A stretch of DNA of 45,590 nucleotides from a virus. Lineage: Duplodnaviria; Caudoviricetes. Of this stretch, positions 12,001 through 18,433 are shown piece after piece (positions within the stretch are counted from its first letter, which is position 1; the number at the start of each line of letters is the position of its first letter). Below the pieces are notes generated by a model. That model was not told the origin of the DNA. It did no database searches and saw only the letters and a list, made by a program, of their open reading frames with translations. A program made the translations under genes and the position numbers. Location: positions 1 through 45,590 of the IMG/VR virus record IMGVR_UViG_3300017777_006778. One strand, 5' to 3'.

Positions 12001-15000
12001 GTCGTCCCCAAAGATGCGCCGGGCGAGCTCGATGACGCGGGTGTCCCCAGGCTTGCCGGGGACGCGCCGGGCCAGGCTGTCGATGCGACGCTCGAGCGCC
12101 ACGTCGTTGACCCACCGCACGGGGCGGCCGCGCTCGAAGTCAATGACGTTGCGCCACACCTGCTCCGGCTTAGCGTTGAGCAGGCGCTGGATCGCGGCGT
12201 CCATGTTCTTCGGGCGGAGGCCGTCGAGCACCGGGCCAACGAGGGGTGGGCACCTGTAGTAGCGGCCGCTCTGCGTCTGGACATCGGAGAGCGCCGACTG
12301 GAGCGCGGCGTGCGCCGTCATGCTAGACGGGTCGATGCCCCAGTGCTCACAGAGCAACGCGAATGCTGCTCCCATGCGCGCGTGCGGGTCCTTCACGTTG
12401 GTGACCGTCGGCGGGAGCACGCCGAGCGGCGCGCGCTCCTCGGCCGCCGCGACGATGAAGTAGGACTCCGCCTTGTCGGCAACCTGCGGGCGGCCTGGGA
12501 ACACCTCGGGCGCCGGGGGAACGTCTCGTCCGACGGCAGGCGGGCGGCGCTCGCCTGCGGCCTCAAGCCCCTCGGCCTCGGTCATCTGGCCGATCCCGTT
12601 CTCGTCGTAGCCAAGGGCGCGGAGGCGGTCGGCCGTGCGGGGGTGCACACCGGACGTCGCGAGCGCCGACGCGCCGACCGATGCGCGCACCGCGTTGGCG
12701 ATCTGCACTGGCTCGATGCCGAGCGTGGAGTTGTACTCGCCTTGCACCTGTGCGTTGAACGTGTCCTGCCCCTGCGTGGCGTCTGCAAACACGCGTCCCG
12801 CCAGGCCTTGCCGCATGGCGTCGCGATAGATCAACGCCTGCACCACGGTGGTCGGATCCACGTCGGTGTTGTCCACGTCACCGCGGCGCGCCACGCCGAG
12901 CCCCTCCTGATACGCCGCGTCCCCGCGAAGCGCGCGATCGACCACGCGCGGGAATACTGCCGCTGCACCTGTAGTGAGCGCCGCGGGCGTGGTCATCCCG
13001 CCGGCCTGCCCAGCCCGGACGCCCGTGTAGAAGTTCGTGCTGCCTGTACGCACGCCGCCAAGCACAGCAGGCGGCAACTTGTCAAGGGGCAGGAGCAGGT
13101 CGCCGAACATGCCGGCCGTCACGGTCGCGTTCCACATCTCGCCGCCCTGCATCCAGGTGGCCCGAGTCTCCGGGTCAAGCCCGGGTGCGCCCCACGCAAT
13201 CGTGTCGTTGAGGTACATGACCTCGGTGGCCAGGCTGTCTCCCTGATCGAGCGTCGTGACGTAGTCGTGCATGCCGCTCTCGGTGAGGAGCGGTGGCAGA
13301 ATGGCGTTCCACCACGTCTGCTTGACGTTGGACGGCGCGTAGCGGCGGCGGTAACTCTGCGCCCCGTAGAGCTCGGTAGCGGTCTGGTCGGCGAGGCGCC
13401 CGAGCCATGTAGTAGCAACACCGCCCAGAAGCGACCCTCCGACGCGCATGGCGCGGCCAACGGCCGTCTCCTTGATGGCGCCCTGCCGGTCCATCGTGTA
13501 ATTGATGCTGGTGAGCGCCTCAAGCGCGGGGCTGATCAGGGTCTGGGCAGCCGATCCGTAGGCCCCCACGGTCGCAAGGGTCGCGCTCCCGTAGGAACGG
13601 TTGCCCATGGCCACGTCGTACGCAGTGCTCGGCACTCCCAGCACCGAGCCGCCGACCTGCGATGCAGCCGCGACGATGGCAGCCGGGATGCCGTCCACAA
13701 TCTCCGCCCCAGAGCGCAGTTGCGGCGTCTCAACGGGCACGGCGTCGGCAATAATCGTTCGGACCATGCGGGAGACTAAGCTCTTGCTTTCCGGGCTCAC
13801 GTCGAGAATGGGCTCGCCAGCTTTCCGCCCCACCAGCGCCGCAGCCATCCCCGTCGGACTCCACGAGGGCATCGCGTTGATGGCCTCAACAGTTCCCAGG
13901 AGCATGCCCGCGTTGCGGCTCTCAGCCGACTGCATCGCCTGTCCAAGCGAACGCGCGGACTCAAACGACGATTCGCTCATCGCCTTTGCGTACGTCGACC
14001 ACACCTCCGGGACCGGGTCAAATGCCATGATCTGCATGCCGCGAGCATTGTTGGAGTCTGCGAACGCCGCAAGTCCGTCAAGCCCCAGGTGTCTAAGACC
14101 GGACGCCGCAGCACCCAGGGCCGTGTGGTTGATGGACATAGGCATGTCGACGTTGATGTCTTTCCACAGGTCGATCGCTTCTCCAACAGCCGAGGACACG
14201 CCGCGGCCGATGTCGACGACGCCCTGACCCAACCCCGTCTCTGCGTTGAACGTCAGATTGACTGCGGACTGGCCGGCTGCGGTCTCCGACGCGCCAAGAG
14301 CGGGCGCGTCGCTCAGCTCCGTGTCGCGCATGGCCAAGACGGCGGTGCGCGCTTGCTCGGCAGACTTGCCCTCACGGATCAGGCGGGCCGTCTGGATGCT
14401 GCGGCGATCCTCGACGGTGAGTTCGGAGCGCGGCTGGGGTGGCGTGGCGTCGGACAGAGGCGCGCGGGCGCCGACGCCGTACTCCTTCTTGGTGACCGCG
14501 TCGATACCGCGCGCCACGAGGCCCTGCGGGTCGAGGGCACCGGACTCGATGCCCTTGCGACGCGCGGCCTTGATTGAATCGTCGAGGTTGACCGACGCTC
14601 CAGAGTCCGGCGTCGAGGTCTTCATGCGCTGCGTCATCTCGAGCGCGCGCAGTTCGGCGCCGTCGCCTCGGCCCGCCGCGCGCTCCCGGTCGACGTAGGC
14701 CTTGCGCGCCTGCACCTCAAGCGCCGGGTCGACAACGGGCGTCTCCAACGCCGGAGAGACGCCGCCGGAAAGTTGCGCCGACGTCGTAGCCGGCAGGTAG
14801 GCGCTTCGCGCAGGCGCGGTCTGGCTCTCGTCGAGGTTGCGCTCCATGCGCGCAAGCGCCTCGTCCGTCGTTTCGGCACCGGTGCGAGCGGCTTCCGGCT
14901 GCGCCCCGGCGCCTTCTACTGTCTCCTCCATCCGGAGTAGCGCCTCGGCCTGCTCGGGGCTCAAGCCGTACTGGTCCTGGGCAGCTCGGACAGCACCGGC

Positions 15001-15144
15001 GCGAGCGACTTCCGGCTGCGCGTCGGCGCCTTCTACTGCCTCCTCCATCCGGAGCATTGCCTCGGCCTGCTCGGGGCTCAGGCCGTACTGGTCCTGGGCA
15101 GCGCGGACGGCGGCGGCGCGGGCGGCTCCGGTAGGGATCGGCAT
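10..15144 (-). CDS. Giant (5044 aa) polyvalent virion/DNA-ejection protein with multiple enzyme cassettes
   Basis: Uninterrupted ORF with strong GC3 bias, last gene of the virion block after ejection-type genes. Contains 2 HExxH motifs, 2 ART-PolyVal-like domains, C5-MTase motifs and an HhH-glycosylase-like domain. The C-terminal segment TFDYTN...VMFWMYQRRAIDLAVWALYKHPDRV resembles C-termini of large phage ejection/polyvalent proteins. Confidence 0.93.
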   Translation of the reverse strand: MPIPTGAARAAAVRAAQDQYGLSPEQAEAMLRMEEAVEGADAQPEVARAGAVRAAQDQYGLSPEQAEALLRMEETVEGAGAQPEAARTGAETTDEALARMERNLDESQTAPARSAYLPATTSAQLSGGVSPALETPVVDPALEVQARKAYVDRERAAGRGDGAELRALEMTQRMKTSTPDSGASVNLDDSIKAARRKGIESGALDPQGLVARGIDAVTKKEYGVGARAPLSDATPPQPRSELTVEDRRSIQTARLIREGKSAEQARTAVLAMRDTELSDAPALGASETAAGQSAVNLTFNAETGLGQGVVDIGRGVSSAVGEAIDLWKDINVDMPMSINHTALGAAASGLRHLGLDGLAAFADSNNARGMQIMAFDPVPEVWSTYAKAMSESSFESARSLGQAMQSAESRNAGMLLGTVEAINAMPSWSPTGMAAALVGRKAGEPILDVSPESKSLVSRMVRTIIADAVPVETPQLRSGAEIVDGIPAAIVAAASQVGGSVLGVPSTAYDVAMGNRSYGSATLATVGAYGSAAQTLISPALEALTSINYTMDRQGAIKETAVGRAMRVGGSLLGGVATTWLGRLADQTATELYGAQSYRRRYAPSNVKQTWWNAILPPLLTESGMHDYVTTLDQGDSLATEVMYLNDTIAWGAPGLDPETRATWMQGGEMWNATVTAGMFGDLLLPLDKLPPAVLGGVRTGSTNFYTGVRAGQAGGMTTPAALTTGAAAVFPRVVDRALRGDAAYQEGLGVARRGDVDNTDVDPTTVVQALIYRDAMRQGLAGRVFADATQGQDTFNAQVQGEYNSTLGIEPVQIANAVRASVGASALATSGVHPRTADRLRALGYDENGIGQMTEAEGLEAAGERRPPAVGRDVPPAPEVFPGRPQVADKAESYFIVAAAEERAPLGVLPPTVTNVKDPHARMGAAFALLCEHWGIDPSSMTAHAALQSALSDVQTQSGRYYRCPPLVGPVLDGLRPKNMDAAIQRLLNAKPEQVWRNVIDFERGRPVRWVNDVALERRIDSLARRVPGKPGDTRVIELARRIFGDDSPLATLTGDYQGTGTPNRYQRAVRVALDTLDAPAEQVASARKVLTSRLGSVEGMLTTIGKEYGLDVNVPDGVSPDAFLLAKVSELAAMPMPPVKVIDKAKRAAAGFRQAAIKLRNAEGAFREAVRYAEAELAKARPPSMGVADKAPTARQRVRDALRSMAERKQVAYTPAEVDLYLAVMDRMAEGLVRTGVLEKADDLYSRMRFKGEDLAPDTKGYIDFTDFLRDGEAIVALGATADLSTVFHESGHLLRRLIKPAEMAGVDAYVKGREGFTDAQGRWTVEAEEWFARQYEAYLRDGFVRANVGDGVIGAILARLNRIFRAVSEVLAGIYADGVLDDVAVETRSLFDKHLRVRSDGARPAPSGTVLPSPEPVQGKASPESVAQADAVRAERARAAGERDTAQEDRRRTLERVMPGFVDRIAAALRGEEMAPPINMANPRAVIAKPTASKAKPATPAPAAAPPPVAAPEAMPEEFVAAKRERDTALLDERDRLIEALAESDDDPGVAAELREVERRLDIAAERKPAAVEPTTPDAAALPEKSQEAETTVAWTPETVAWARVEIERIRTLEPKAQRAALKDWASTLMKEKAGISDSRIRQTVYKRLGGRGLPYAEAMLARVEQRVAEATAAAGPMPEASPPAQPAGPPTLSTFKDDAPLPAVAPVKRGAPAGAYYDYAQQNGGIVSVDALRKQGWEPGRAGLPAGTVSKQIGNELHVIPLDLTYENVEGAFTSTTPPARFSEVQRVMQPARYSLAGALLEKGTVVIDPAAAPSAAPPTRFFQSDILPDLPDEATAPLTNPDLPAFKRWFKESKVVDPDTGKPKIVFHGSTRAGFDTFSKEKMDNNALFGPGLYFTEDPRVAGGWEDESGTVKSEGYAKIEQGMMPEWDEVIEPAARPDVERVVVEALGSHPQVKWQLGYYGSNFPESGRILHFKNALKELKRTQDVRNETWATPAQYAKADAILEGYREPTRSGAGVLPVYLSMQRPFDLDAAVPGAVRDAIENAAAKRLAPQEVDAIKAVLKHSVKQVSATTWMVNGWPVMKSVDGRYRSAFVRNGTTFGTLDDAIKATDAHVLVSGEDVYYALSRVIDKSEINAILRDAGYDGFTHIGGARTATDPHRVWIAFEPEQVKSQNNRGTFDPNDPNILYQRDDPMPPVSVRRASRLVDNAMAALEEQNPELGPERAARLQKRVRPIVKRIEMLARREADAVDQYGRTGFFSDERDAVAMRDALYDAEDILRVTLENETRKVRAAPPMRSERTGTDAIRARLSAEERFGVAIDTDVDDALRLMKMLGHPLNGGQFKLSAKVGKKGNALGSYDFANDVLTLAKSAFEKGVSSRTLAHEIGHRISQWLPKDKAANLLRQYIKERRAAIQANPTWFDANGHLTDVGRGNSGSYRWTDVDEWFAERFADHAKKRLDQWDAATLSVMDAARFMLEKMRARIVAWFGIDAVPAIVEDLMAGNLEGIVQDARRPLRGRLISVAPDMDPRRPKARQGDTLMAESAEGPFLVGYRQGIVEGLDGDAVEATFATQAEAMAAVAPGGPLEGFDVWTPSNQTQVTLPAFKKWFGASKVVHGNGAPLRVYHGTTHDFTEFKETSGTEANHHGRGAYFTTSAQDASDHYATRMGPDISARIDLRAEEWMSAWDDDDAAAALVARWSAAHPRRAADTARLEQAVADPEYSAAGEALLLEVAGWAAEQDVAGPNNGAVMPVYLHVAKPLDLRPGQVTSIKMSDAVSAIEAVSAGYSGQGLAGEIIGSLDASDRTVSAAELERIARSIGGGNWMTENGDNSGPGQFLQDVYRRLGFDGIVIDAEQVFASRGARYAGWTDHWVVFAPEQVKSATGNRGTFDMTDPDILYQRTGPVRTATLFSGGGLVEEGLRGLITPMFAVESDKAIGEHYRTVHGDHVRVERVQDVDLSGAEGAEYLHASPVCKNFTDAKSLVNGEQPLDMETARATARALAQVRPRVFTLENVAAYEKSDAMRAVTDELTRQAYTWDVANYNAADYGAPTVRTRMLLRAVRDGDLPPPPTKVPAADWWGTVSDVADTLPDASVPPWMASRLDGMGIEWRSPAKPLIVMGGSVNSGNVPYAIAGGPAPTIKATPKERHIIILPGGQAKVVTPRAMARITGLPDSYALPASRVTATTIIGNGMPPALTQAVFGPLLERSDVLYQRVSTRVPTAKKALENPLESMLLVGLDAAKMDSVAFAKNMDLIDAYPNSRPIKGGGSVDAQAEAFIAHVADNLVWLYDQVPAETRERSRRWYDGARAIVDRWSERYALTDVQVAGMIAVLSPQKDWYMNVSLAERVMDTLTTKRDVPWDDAMTATANRILGPEYAEFISGTAGRSLGELADVYDKAVWIRVYDQTYNPRSYRVSDPEGAFTGWAMNGDGKTRSSVAWSPFPDIAKAVAIYGDGAIANVSAKLGEQHKVRNFYNNMFDPASTHGDVTIDTHAVASALLRPLSGTSPEVLHNFGSGGASSSSVFGSKGTYGIYAEAYRRAAKKRGVLPRELQSITWEASRGLFTASFKSQSKNLDSTAAVWNAYRNRKLSLDDARAEILRLADGISPPDWARSARRVDAGAWDSSFQGEVPDLRVRVRGPAGPDAGGARGGAAEGTDGVDRLAQHQDYARATGPGVRAAAAGAPVGAPSRQVERSPSALKEASIVGRAAEPASVDPANPYGFEARRYRAKPNMTREELNVALGYRPDQTVYDAIDLQARIQSHIGAKQLRDRGSWDYVKNGHRTSVPRARLAGIEARVNQMLGDLPELVAQRRRDAGAPVGGVASTTTAATTLNLDVVQATRVRILIDHLVQSGWASDLPPNLRIMQVPDLQQYLTTAHWNTVVDALKDARSGSMSYEAKLEQYSTGAYLMWWLTKHRASPLTPGISETGQAPETVPLNTIKGRINDALTNLAFDVLPIEARNPNMPEWVKTELNVLRRRVQGAKAEIASRIEDLTTADRRLGGPGRASAAMAAVAGRAGIPIVDLNDLPALRAWLYTAAAPPVTAAPIPQRVRRDQPRVTPVTVQEIVQRRDLVQRTLIGNGGHRLDAETVDVLARLMQNPPAITREDAGHLFLKMHAALNAAKARGVEVLRAASGASGGKDKVANIIKGGEYSGVELDAYTAWHRGVVNGVDWWNAPRQPGSVANLVEQVLGVGTAVEVERWSFEIVAREYVGTLIDDFIDRLIDRDYVITARQLAESVDPNGPPRDVQAVAQFASDVHTAIKQILTGKDVELVGGYVGATVEEIAAGNYTLGPNGEFRGAFLEGKVNPTTMTPEVRRAAADLIARWRLIPDLGVERAGIHKGLGAADFNVINAAKDATNGQINLSAVLDNPQVATEATGLGASRIGRDALFPSELAAELEGLLETNAPVGEFFAGALVKDRDKAAVALRAYAEAKRMIAQHLIAGGPTLVAPLVAGAGALLISGSVPITTMVVGGLYAMTWLPPTMRYATNFMGAHLQAMLGIGAADTIRTLASPSIVRSAQVAVRESVRLTGLNNVVAAATSAAGMLLGGGKTDAEQRVIVTRDGRIFTVGDIVREAQARGLNGTQANYETLSGAAERIQKIVDTEPTASPNAKARALFRKVYGDNEIANNYRVFYESIDLYFRYAILIRSLEDGMDMATAVQRTLLTTFDYTNAANLDKFVNQGVMFWMYQRRAIDLAVWALYKHPDRVLGMVRFMRDQDKVSGAADDESETVPDYAQGRPALPIPGISNDGYLDVSNSGNTAKLKMMMPEPPTSTALNLLLDVAGLDVPGMASRLNPFFQQGINLAVNTGSEQDYYSFWRQRTAGDPRYFEIPPGFVAWDQGATGGVFSKFFGFYPSYKANDPYSNVQPGVGVHWYPKRFREWDAFRSLLPGVTTGMSILDRMDRADLPVGPELALEVTQAVDEEFGLGLKQEVATDYPGVDPVDAAPRQAAGGVVEIFSLLGVSTAPISSTVTARSAGQRAYAKAIEGAAKGAPEVFPDVEPTPPPGGTTGIQPKPAGIRPERNGITGGR
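4146..4379 (-). CDS. Small (~77 aa) protein nested in the +1 frame inside the giant gene
   Basis: ATG at 4379 preceded by GGCGGTG. Over about 4146-4295, 41/49 codons in this frame end in G/C versus about 27/50 in the giant frame (hand count). Translation DPLVEWMRARGIPLSRERYLTFAFGSEGPPDPMPGELEAGLPKEL is protein-like while the host frame turns R/G/A-rich. Start position uncertain. Confidence 0.7.
   Translation of the reverse strand: MRTETGSSPLTTPVLKSSASPTESLPLTGPDPLVEWMRARGIPLSRERYLTFAFGSEGPPDPMPGELEAGLPKELTA
4300..5480 (-). other. Domain of giant protein: HhH-GPD/EndoIII-like DNA glycosylase-related (DUF7178-like) cassette
   Basis: Motifs RWYDGA, IAVLSPQKDWYMN, KVRNFYNN, VTIDTHA (Asp-Thr-His as in the HhH-GPD catalytic region), PRELQSITW. 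Boundaries approximate; family recognised from memory. Confidence 0.65.
5500..6415 (-). other. Domain of giant protein: DNA (cytosine-5) methyltransferase cassette
   Basis: Ordered motifs I LFSGGG, II AVE, IV ASPVCK (Cys kept), VI LENV, NAADYGAP, VIII TVRTR, IX RAMARITGLP, X IIGNG. Confidence 0.88.
6424..7320 (-). other. Domain of giant protein: ADP-ribosyltransferase-like (ART-PolyVal) cassette 2
   Basis: PAFKKWFGASKVV...RVYHGT...GRGAYFTTS...VMPVYL...GFDGIV...WVVFAPEQVKSATGNRGTFD...DILYQ. Confidence 0.85.
7620..8100 (-). other. Domain of giant protein: zincin-like metallopeptidase (MPTase) cassette 2
   Basis: GSYDF...TLAHEIGH (7963-7977)...DEWFAE; boundaries approximate. Confidence 0.75.
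8557..9600 (-). other. Domain of giant protein: ADP-ribosyltransferase-like (ART-PolyVal) cassette 1
   Basis: PAFKRWFKESKVV...IVFHGS...FGPGLYFTED...VLPVYL...GYDGF...WIAFEPEQVKSQNNRGTFD...NILYQ. Confidence 0.85.
10990..11370 (-). other. Domain of giant protein: zincin-like metallopeptidase (MPTase) cassette 1
   Basis: KGYIDF...ADLSTVFHESGH (11260-11274)...EEWFARQYEAYLRDG; boundaries approximate. Confidence 0.8.
14884..15111 (-). repeat. 117-bp (39-aa) tandem duplication at the N-terminus of the giant protein
   Basis: AVRAAQDQYGLSPEQAEA(M/L)LRMEE(A/T)VEGA(D/G)AQPE occurs twice; gccgtactggtcctgggca at 14965 and 15082. Confidence 0.95.
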
Positions 15145-15149
15145 GGGTG

Positions 15150-15971
15150 CTACTTGCCTCGGCTCTTGAGTTTCTCATAGGTGGCCATGATGCGCTCGGG
15201 CGCAGCCTTCGCCAGTGCATCTACCATGTCCGCATCCATGAGGTCGGCCTCGACGATCGCGCGTTTCGCCTCCTCAAGCGAGGCTGCTGCGGCCGCTTGC
15301 GCCTCGCGTGCGGCAAACGCATCGTACTGATTCGCGCGCTGGTCAAGCGGGCCTTCCCCGTAGCGGGCGGGCGGAGTGTTCCGTGCTGGAGCAGGGGAGG
15401 CTACAGGCGGCGTGCGCGGCGTGGGCGGCGTGGGCGGAAGCTCAGGACCCAACGGCTTCCGCGTTTTGCGTTCCCATGCGTCAATCTGCGCCTGATTGCG
15501 TTGGCGTTGGGCTTCCAAACCTGCGCCAATGAACCCTGGCATAGGCACGCCCTGGTCAAGACGATCAACGAGAGCTTGCTTGCCGGCAACCAGTAGATTG
15601 CTGACCGCAGGCATCGGGGACGGCTGCTTGAGCACGCCCACGACGGACTGCCCGAGCGGCGTGACGCGCTCGCGCGGCCCGGAATACCCAAGGACGTCTG
15701 GTGTAGCCTTTGGGCTGCGGTTGTCGGGCATCACCATGGGCGCGGTCGGCACCACGCTCACGTTCGGCGCAACACCGTCACGCCGCGGCGGAGCCGTCGT
15801 TCCGCGGGGCGCCACCGGCGCGGGCGCCTTCGGCTTCGGGGGCGCGGGCGGGGGCGCAAGGCGCGCGGCCAGTTCGGCGTCGGGATCCATCTCGGCAGGC
15901 GCGGTCTGCGCCTTCCGCTCAGCGATGAGGGCGTCAAGCTCGTCGTCGATTTCGTCGCGTTCGGTTCCCAT
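15150..15971 (-). CDS. Pro-rich hypothetical protein, putative internal virion/ejection protein
   Basis: 273 aa, overlaps the upstream stop codon, lies between ejection-type genes. Confidence 0.75.
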   Translation of the reverse strand: MGTERDEIDDELDALIAERKAQTAPAEMDPDAELAARLAPPPAPPKPKAPAPVAPRGTTAPPRRDGVAPNVSVVPTAPMVMPDNRSPKATPDVLGYSGPRERVTPLGQSVVGVLKQPSPMPAVSNLLVAGKQALVDRLDQGVPMPGFIGAGLEAQRQRNQAQIDAWERKTRKPLGPELPPTPPTPRTPPVASPAPARNTPPARYGEGPLDQRANQYDAFAAREAQAAAAASLEEAKRAIVEADLMDADMVDALAKAAPERIMATYEKLKSRGK

Positions 15972-18424
15972 TAGATCCCCATCTCAGTGGCGGCCTTGGC
16001 GGTGCGCTTGGCGCGATACGCGGCGGTAAGCTCCTGCACGTCGGCCTCGCTCAGCCCGCGGGCTCGAGCGCGATCCTCAAAAGCGCGGGTGTCCGGGTCG
16101 GCCGCCTTGGTCTTGTTGGCGGGCGCGGGGTTGATAACCACCGGCGTAGGGCCCTTAGTCACGGGAGTCTCGTCCTGTGCGGGCCCACCTTTCTCCTCCC
16201 CTACGGTGTCGAACCACGCGCGGAACTCCTCGTCTTCGTTGATGACGGGCGCGGTGTAGGCGGGCGTCGGGCGTCGGGGACTGGAGGCGTCGCGCTCGTC
16301 GCGCTCGTTGCGTGCATCCACGCGCGCCACGTTGTCCGCGACGAAGCGATCCCGTAGATCGGCGTAGGCGCCCGGTGGCGTCGCAGCTTCGGCCTTTGCG
16401 CGCTCCTCGTCGCGGCGCTTCTTGGCCTCGACATCGGCGCGGTAGTCCTGCCCCGCCTTCACGGTGGCCGCCGCTGCCTTGGGGCTGAGGGTCTGCTCCA
16501 TGGTGCGCGCGCCAGCGTTGTCGTCCAGCCACACCTCAAGTTCCCTTCGGATGGCCTTCTCCTGCGCCGTGCCGGTCGGCATGCTCGACACGATCGAGGA
16601 GACCTTGTGGTAGTCGCCGCCGCTCGCCGCGACGACGGAAGCCACCTGCTCGGCAAGCGCGGCGTCCGGGATGCTCTTGCCCAGGCCGGCCGAGAGGCGC
16701 GCGGCGAGCTCGGCGTCGGGGTCCTCGGGGGGCATCTCCGCCACCGCCCTGACGCCGGCCTCGTACTGCTCCTGGGTGATCTGCCCTGCGTCGCGCTGGG
16801 CCGCCAACTTCGCGCGCTCGGCGTCCTGCTTGCCCTTGTCGACCCAGTCGGGAGTCGGCTTCGTCGGCGGATCCACCGGAGTCTCAAGCGCGCTTCCCTG
16901 GCCCTTCGTCTTCGAGCGGGCGCCGAGCACGTCGGCCGCCACGCCTGCGTCGGCGGGTAGCTCGGTAGTCCCGCGGTAGGCGGTGTCACGCACGTCCGAG
17001 ATCGCGGCGTCCTGACGCGCGCCCTTCGCCTCGCGTCCCTTGGCGCCAGGCGACGCGTCGATGAGCGCCTGGAGCTCCTGCTGCATCTTCGTCAACTGGC
17101 CTTCGGATCGGCTGGCCACGAAGTCGGCGGCGCCCTGCTTGCGGTTCGGGCGCGGCTCGCGTAGGTCGAGGGTGGCCCGGCCGCCCGTCGCCAACTTGCC
17201 CTCACGCACGCGCCGGGCAAGCTCCTCGTCCAACTGCGCCATGTCCATCTGGTTGCGGGCGATCTGCTCGGTGACGATCGGGACGCCAGACGTGACCGTC
17301 TGCGCGTAGGACGGCACCTCTCCGCCAGCCGCGTTGCGGTAGACCTGCGGACTGCCGGCCTGGGTTACCGGCGCGGACACGCTGGTCGAGCCCGGGGGAG
17401 CGACAACTGGCGCAACGCCCGGGGTGGCGACTGGTGCTGCTCCTGCTGGCGCAACGCTTCCCGTTGTGGTCGCAGGTGCAGGCGCCGCAGAGACCGGCCC
17501 GGTCGCGGTGGCCGGAGCGGGCGGCGGTGCGGGAGGAGCACCGGGAGCGACAGCGGGCGCGGCGGCGGGGGCCGTGCCCGGAGCACCCGCAACCGTCGTC
17601 GGCGCACTGAGGCCAGGAAGCGGCTGCGCGCTGAATCCGCCGGGTGCGGGCGCGGGCGCTAAGCCTGCGGCGTTGCGGAACGTGTCGGTCGTCCCCGCGG
17701 CGGCCCAGAGCTCGTCCTCCGGCTGGGACTGGATGTTCTCCTGCGACCAATACCCCAAGTCCTCGGCGCGCTTGAAGGCGTCCTTGGTGCCGGGGTCCAG
17801 GTTGTTGTACTGCACGCCGGTGCGGAACTGGTCGCGCACGGCGGTCTTCAAGGACTCGTTGTGCAGCGGGTTGGTTCCGTTCACAAGGGTGCCGACTGCC
17901 TGGGCCGCAAGGGCGACGCCTGCACGGTAGGCCTCGGCCTTTGCCTGCGGTGTCGTCGCCTTGTCGATGTTGATGTTCGTCTGAGCGAGAATGCCACTGA
18001 CCGCGGTATTGATGGCCTGGCGGTCCTGCTCGGTGACCGCGCGGGACGCCGCGAAGCGGTACGCCTCGTCTCTGTCGATCTGCTCAATGGCGCTGGCCCG
18101 CCTGATCTCCTCGACCGCCACCTGGCCGCGCGCCCGGATGTTGGCGACCTGGACGTTCGCCACGTCCGTTCCCGCGCGCGCCGCGCTCTGCGCGCCCGTC
18201 TTGGCGAGCTCGACCTCGCGGCCCACAAGGTCGGTGTTGTACCCCGCGTAGGTGGACTTGATCTTGAGCAGATCCTCAAGCGGCATCGACCGGATGGACC
18301 GCTTCATGCGATCCTTCACGAGCGGGATGCGCGCGCCCATCCACCTCGAGAGGTAGGCCGTGAAGAAGTCGTCGCCCATCTCGATGGGGATGAAGCGGTA
18401 CTGGTACTTGACGTTGACGGCCAT
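15971..18424 (-). CDS. Putative internal virion/ejection protein (817 aa, Ala/Pro-rich linker)
   Basis: GGAGG RBS, strong GC3 bias, position between the small ejection protein and the giant protein. Confidence 0.8.
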   Translation of the reverse strand: MAVNVKYQYRFIPIEMGDDFFTAYLSRWMGARIPLVKDRMKRSIRSMPLEDLLKIKSTYAGYNTDLVGREVELAKTGAQSAARAGTDVANVQVANIRARGQVAVEEIRRASAIEQIDRDEAYRFAASRAVTEQDRQAINTAVSGILAQTNINIDKATTPQAKAEAYRAGVALAAQAVGTLVNGTNPLHNESLKTAVRDQFRTGVQYNNLDPGTKDAFKRAEDLGYWSQENIQSQPEDELWAAAGTTDTFRNAAGLAPAPAPGGFSAQPLPGLSAPTTVAGAPGTAPAAAPAVAPGAPPAPPPAPATATGPVSAAPAPATTTGSVAPAGAAPVATPGVAPVVAPPGSTSVSAPVTQAGSPQVYRNAAGGEVPSYAQTVTSGVPIVTEQIARNQMDMAQLDEELARRVREGKLATGGRATLDLREPRPNRKQGAADFVASRSEGQLTKMQQELQALIDASPGAKGREAKGARQDAAISDVRDTAYRGTTELPADAGVAADVLGARSKTKGQGSALETPVDPPTKPTPDWVDKGKQDAERAKLAAQRDAGQITQEQYEAGVRAVAEMPPEDPDAELAARLSAGLGKSIPDAALAEQVASVVAASGGDYHKVSSIVSSMPTGTAQEKAIRRELEVWLDDNAGARTMEQTLSPKAAAATVKAGQDYRADVEAKKRRDEERAKAEAATPPGAYADLRDRFVADNVARVDARNERDERDASSPRRPTPAYTAPVINEDEEFRAWFDTVGEEKGGPAQDETPVTKGPTPVVINPAPANKTKAADPDTRAFEDRARARGLSEADVQELTAAYRAKRTAKAATEMGI

Positions 18425-18433
18425 GAGCGCCTC

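Noticed and set aside
5750-12284. Other same-strand out-of-frame ORFs in the giant gene (e.g. 6651-7301, 7490-7951, 8816-9164) as further nested genes
   Set aside because: Translations are S/T/R/P- or R/G-rich shadows and the giant frame keeps conserved motifs there; nested ORFs under 60 aa were not exhaustively checked.
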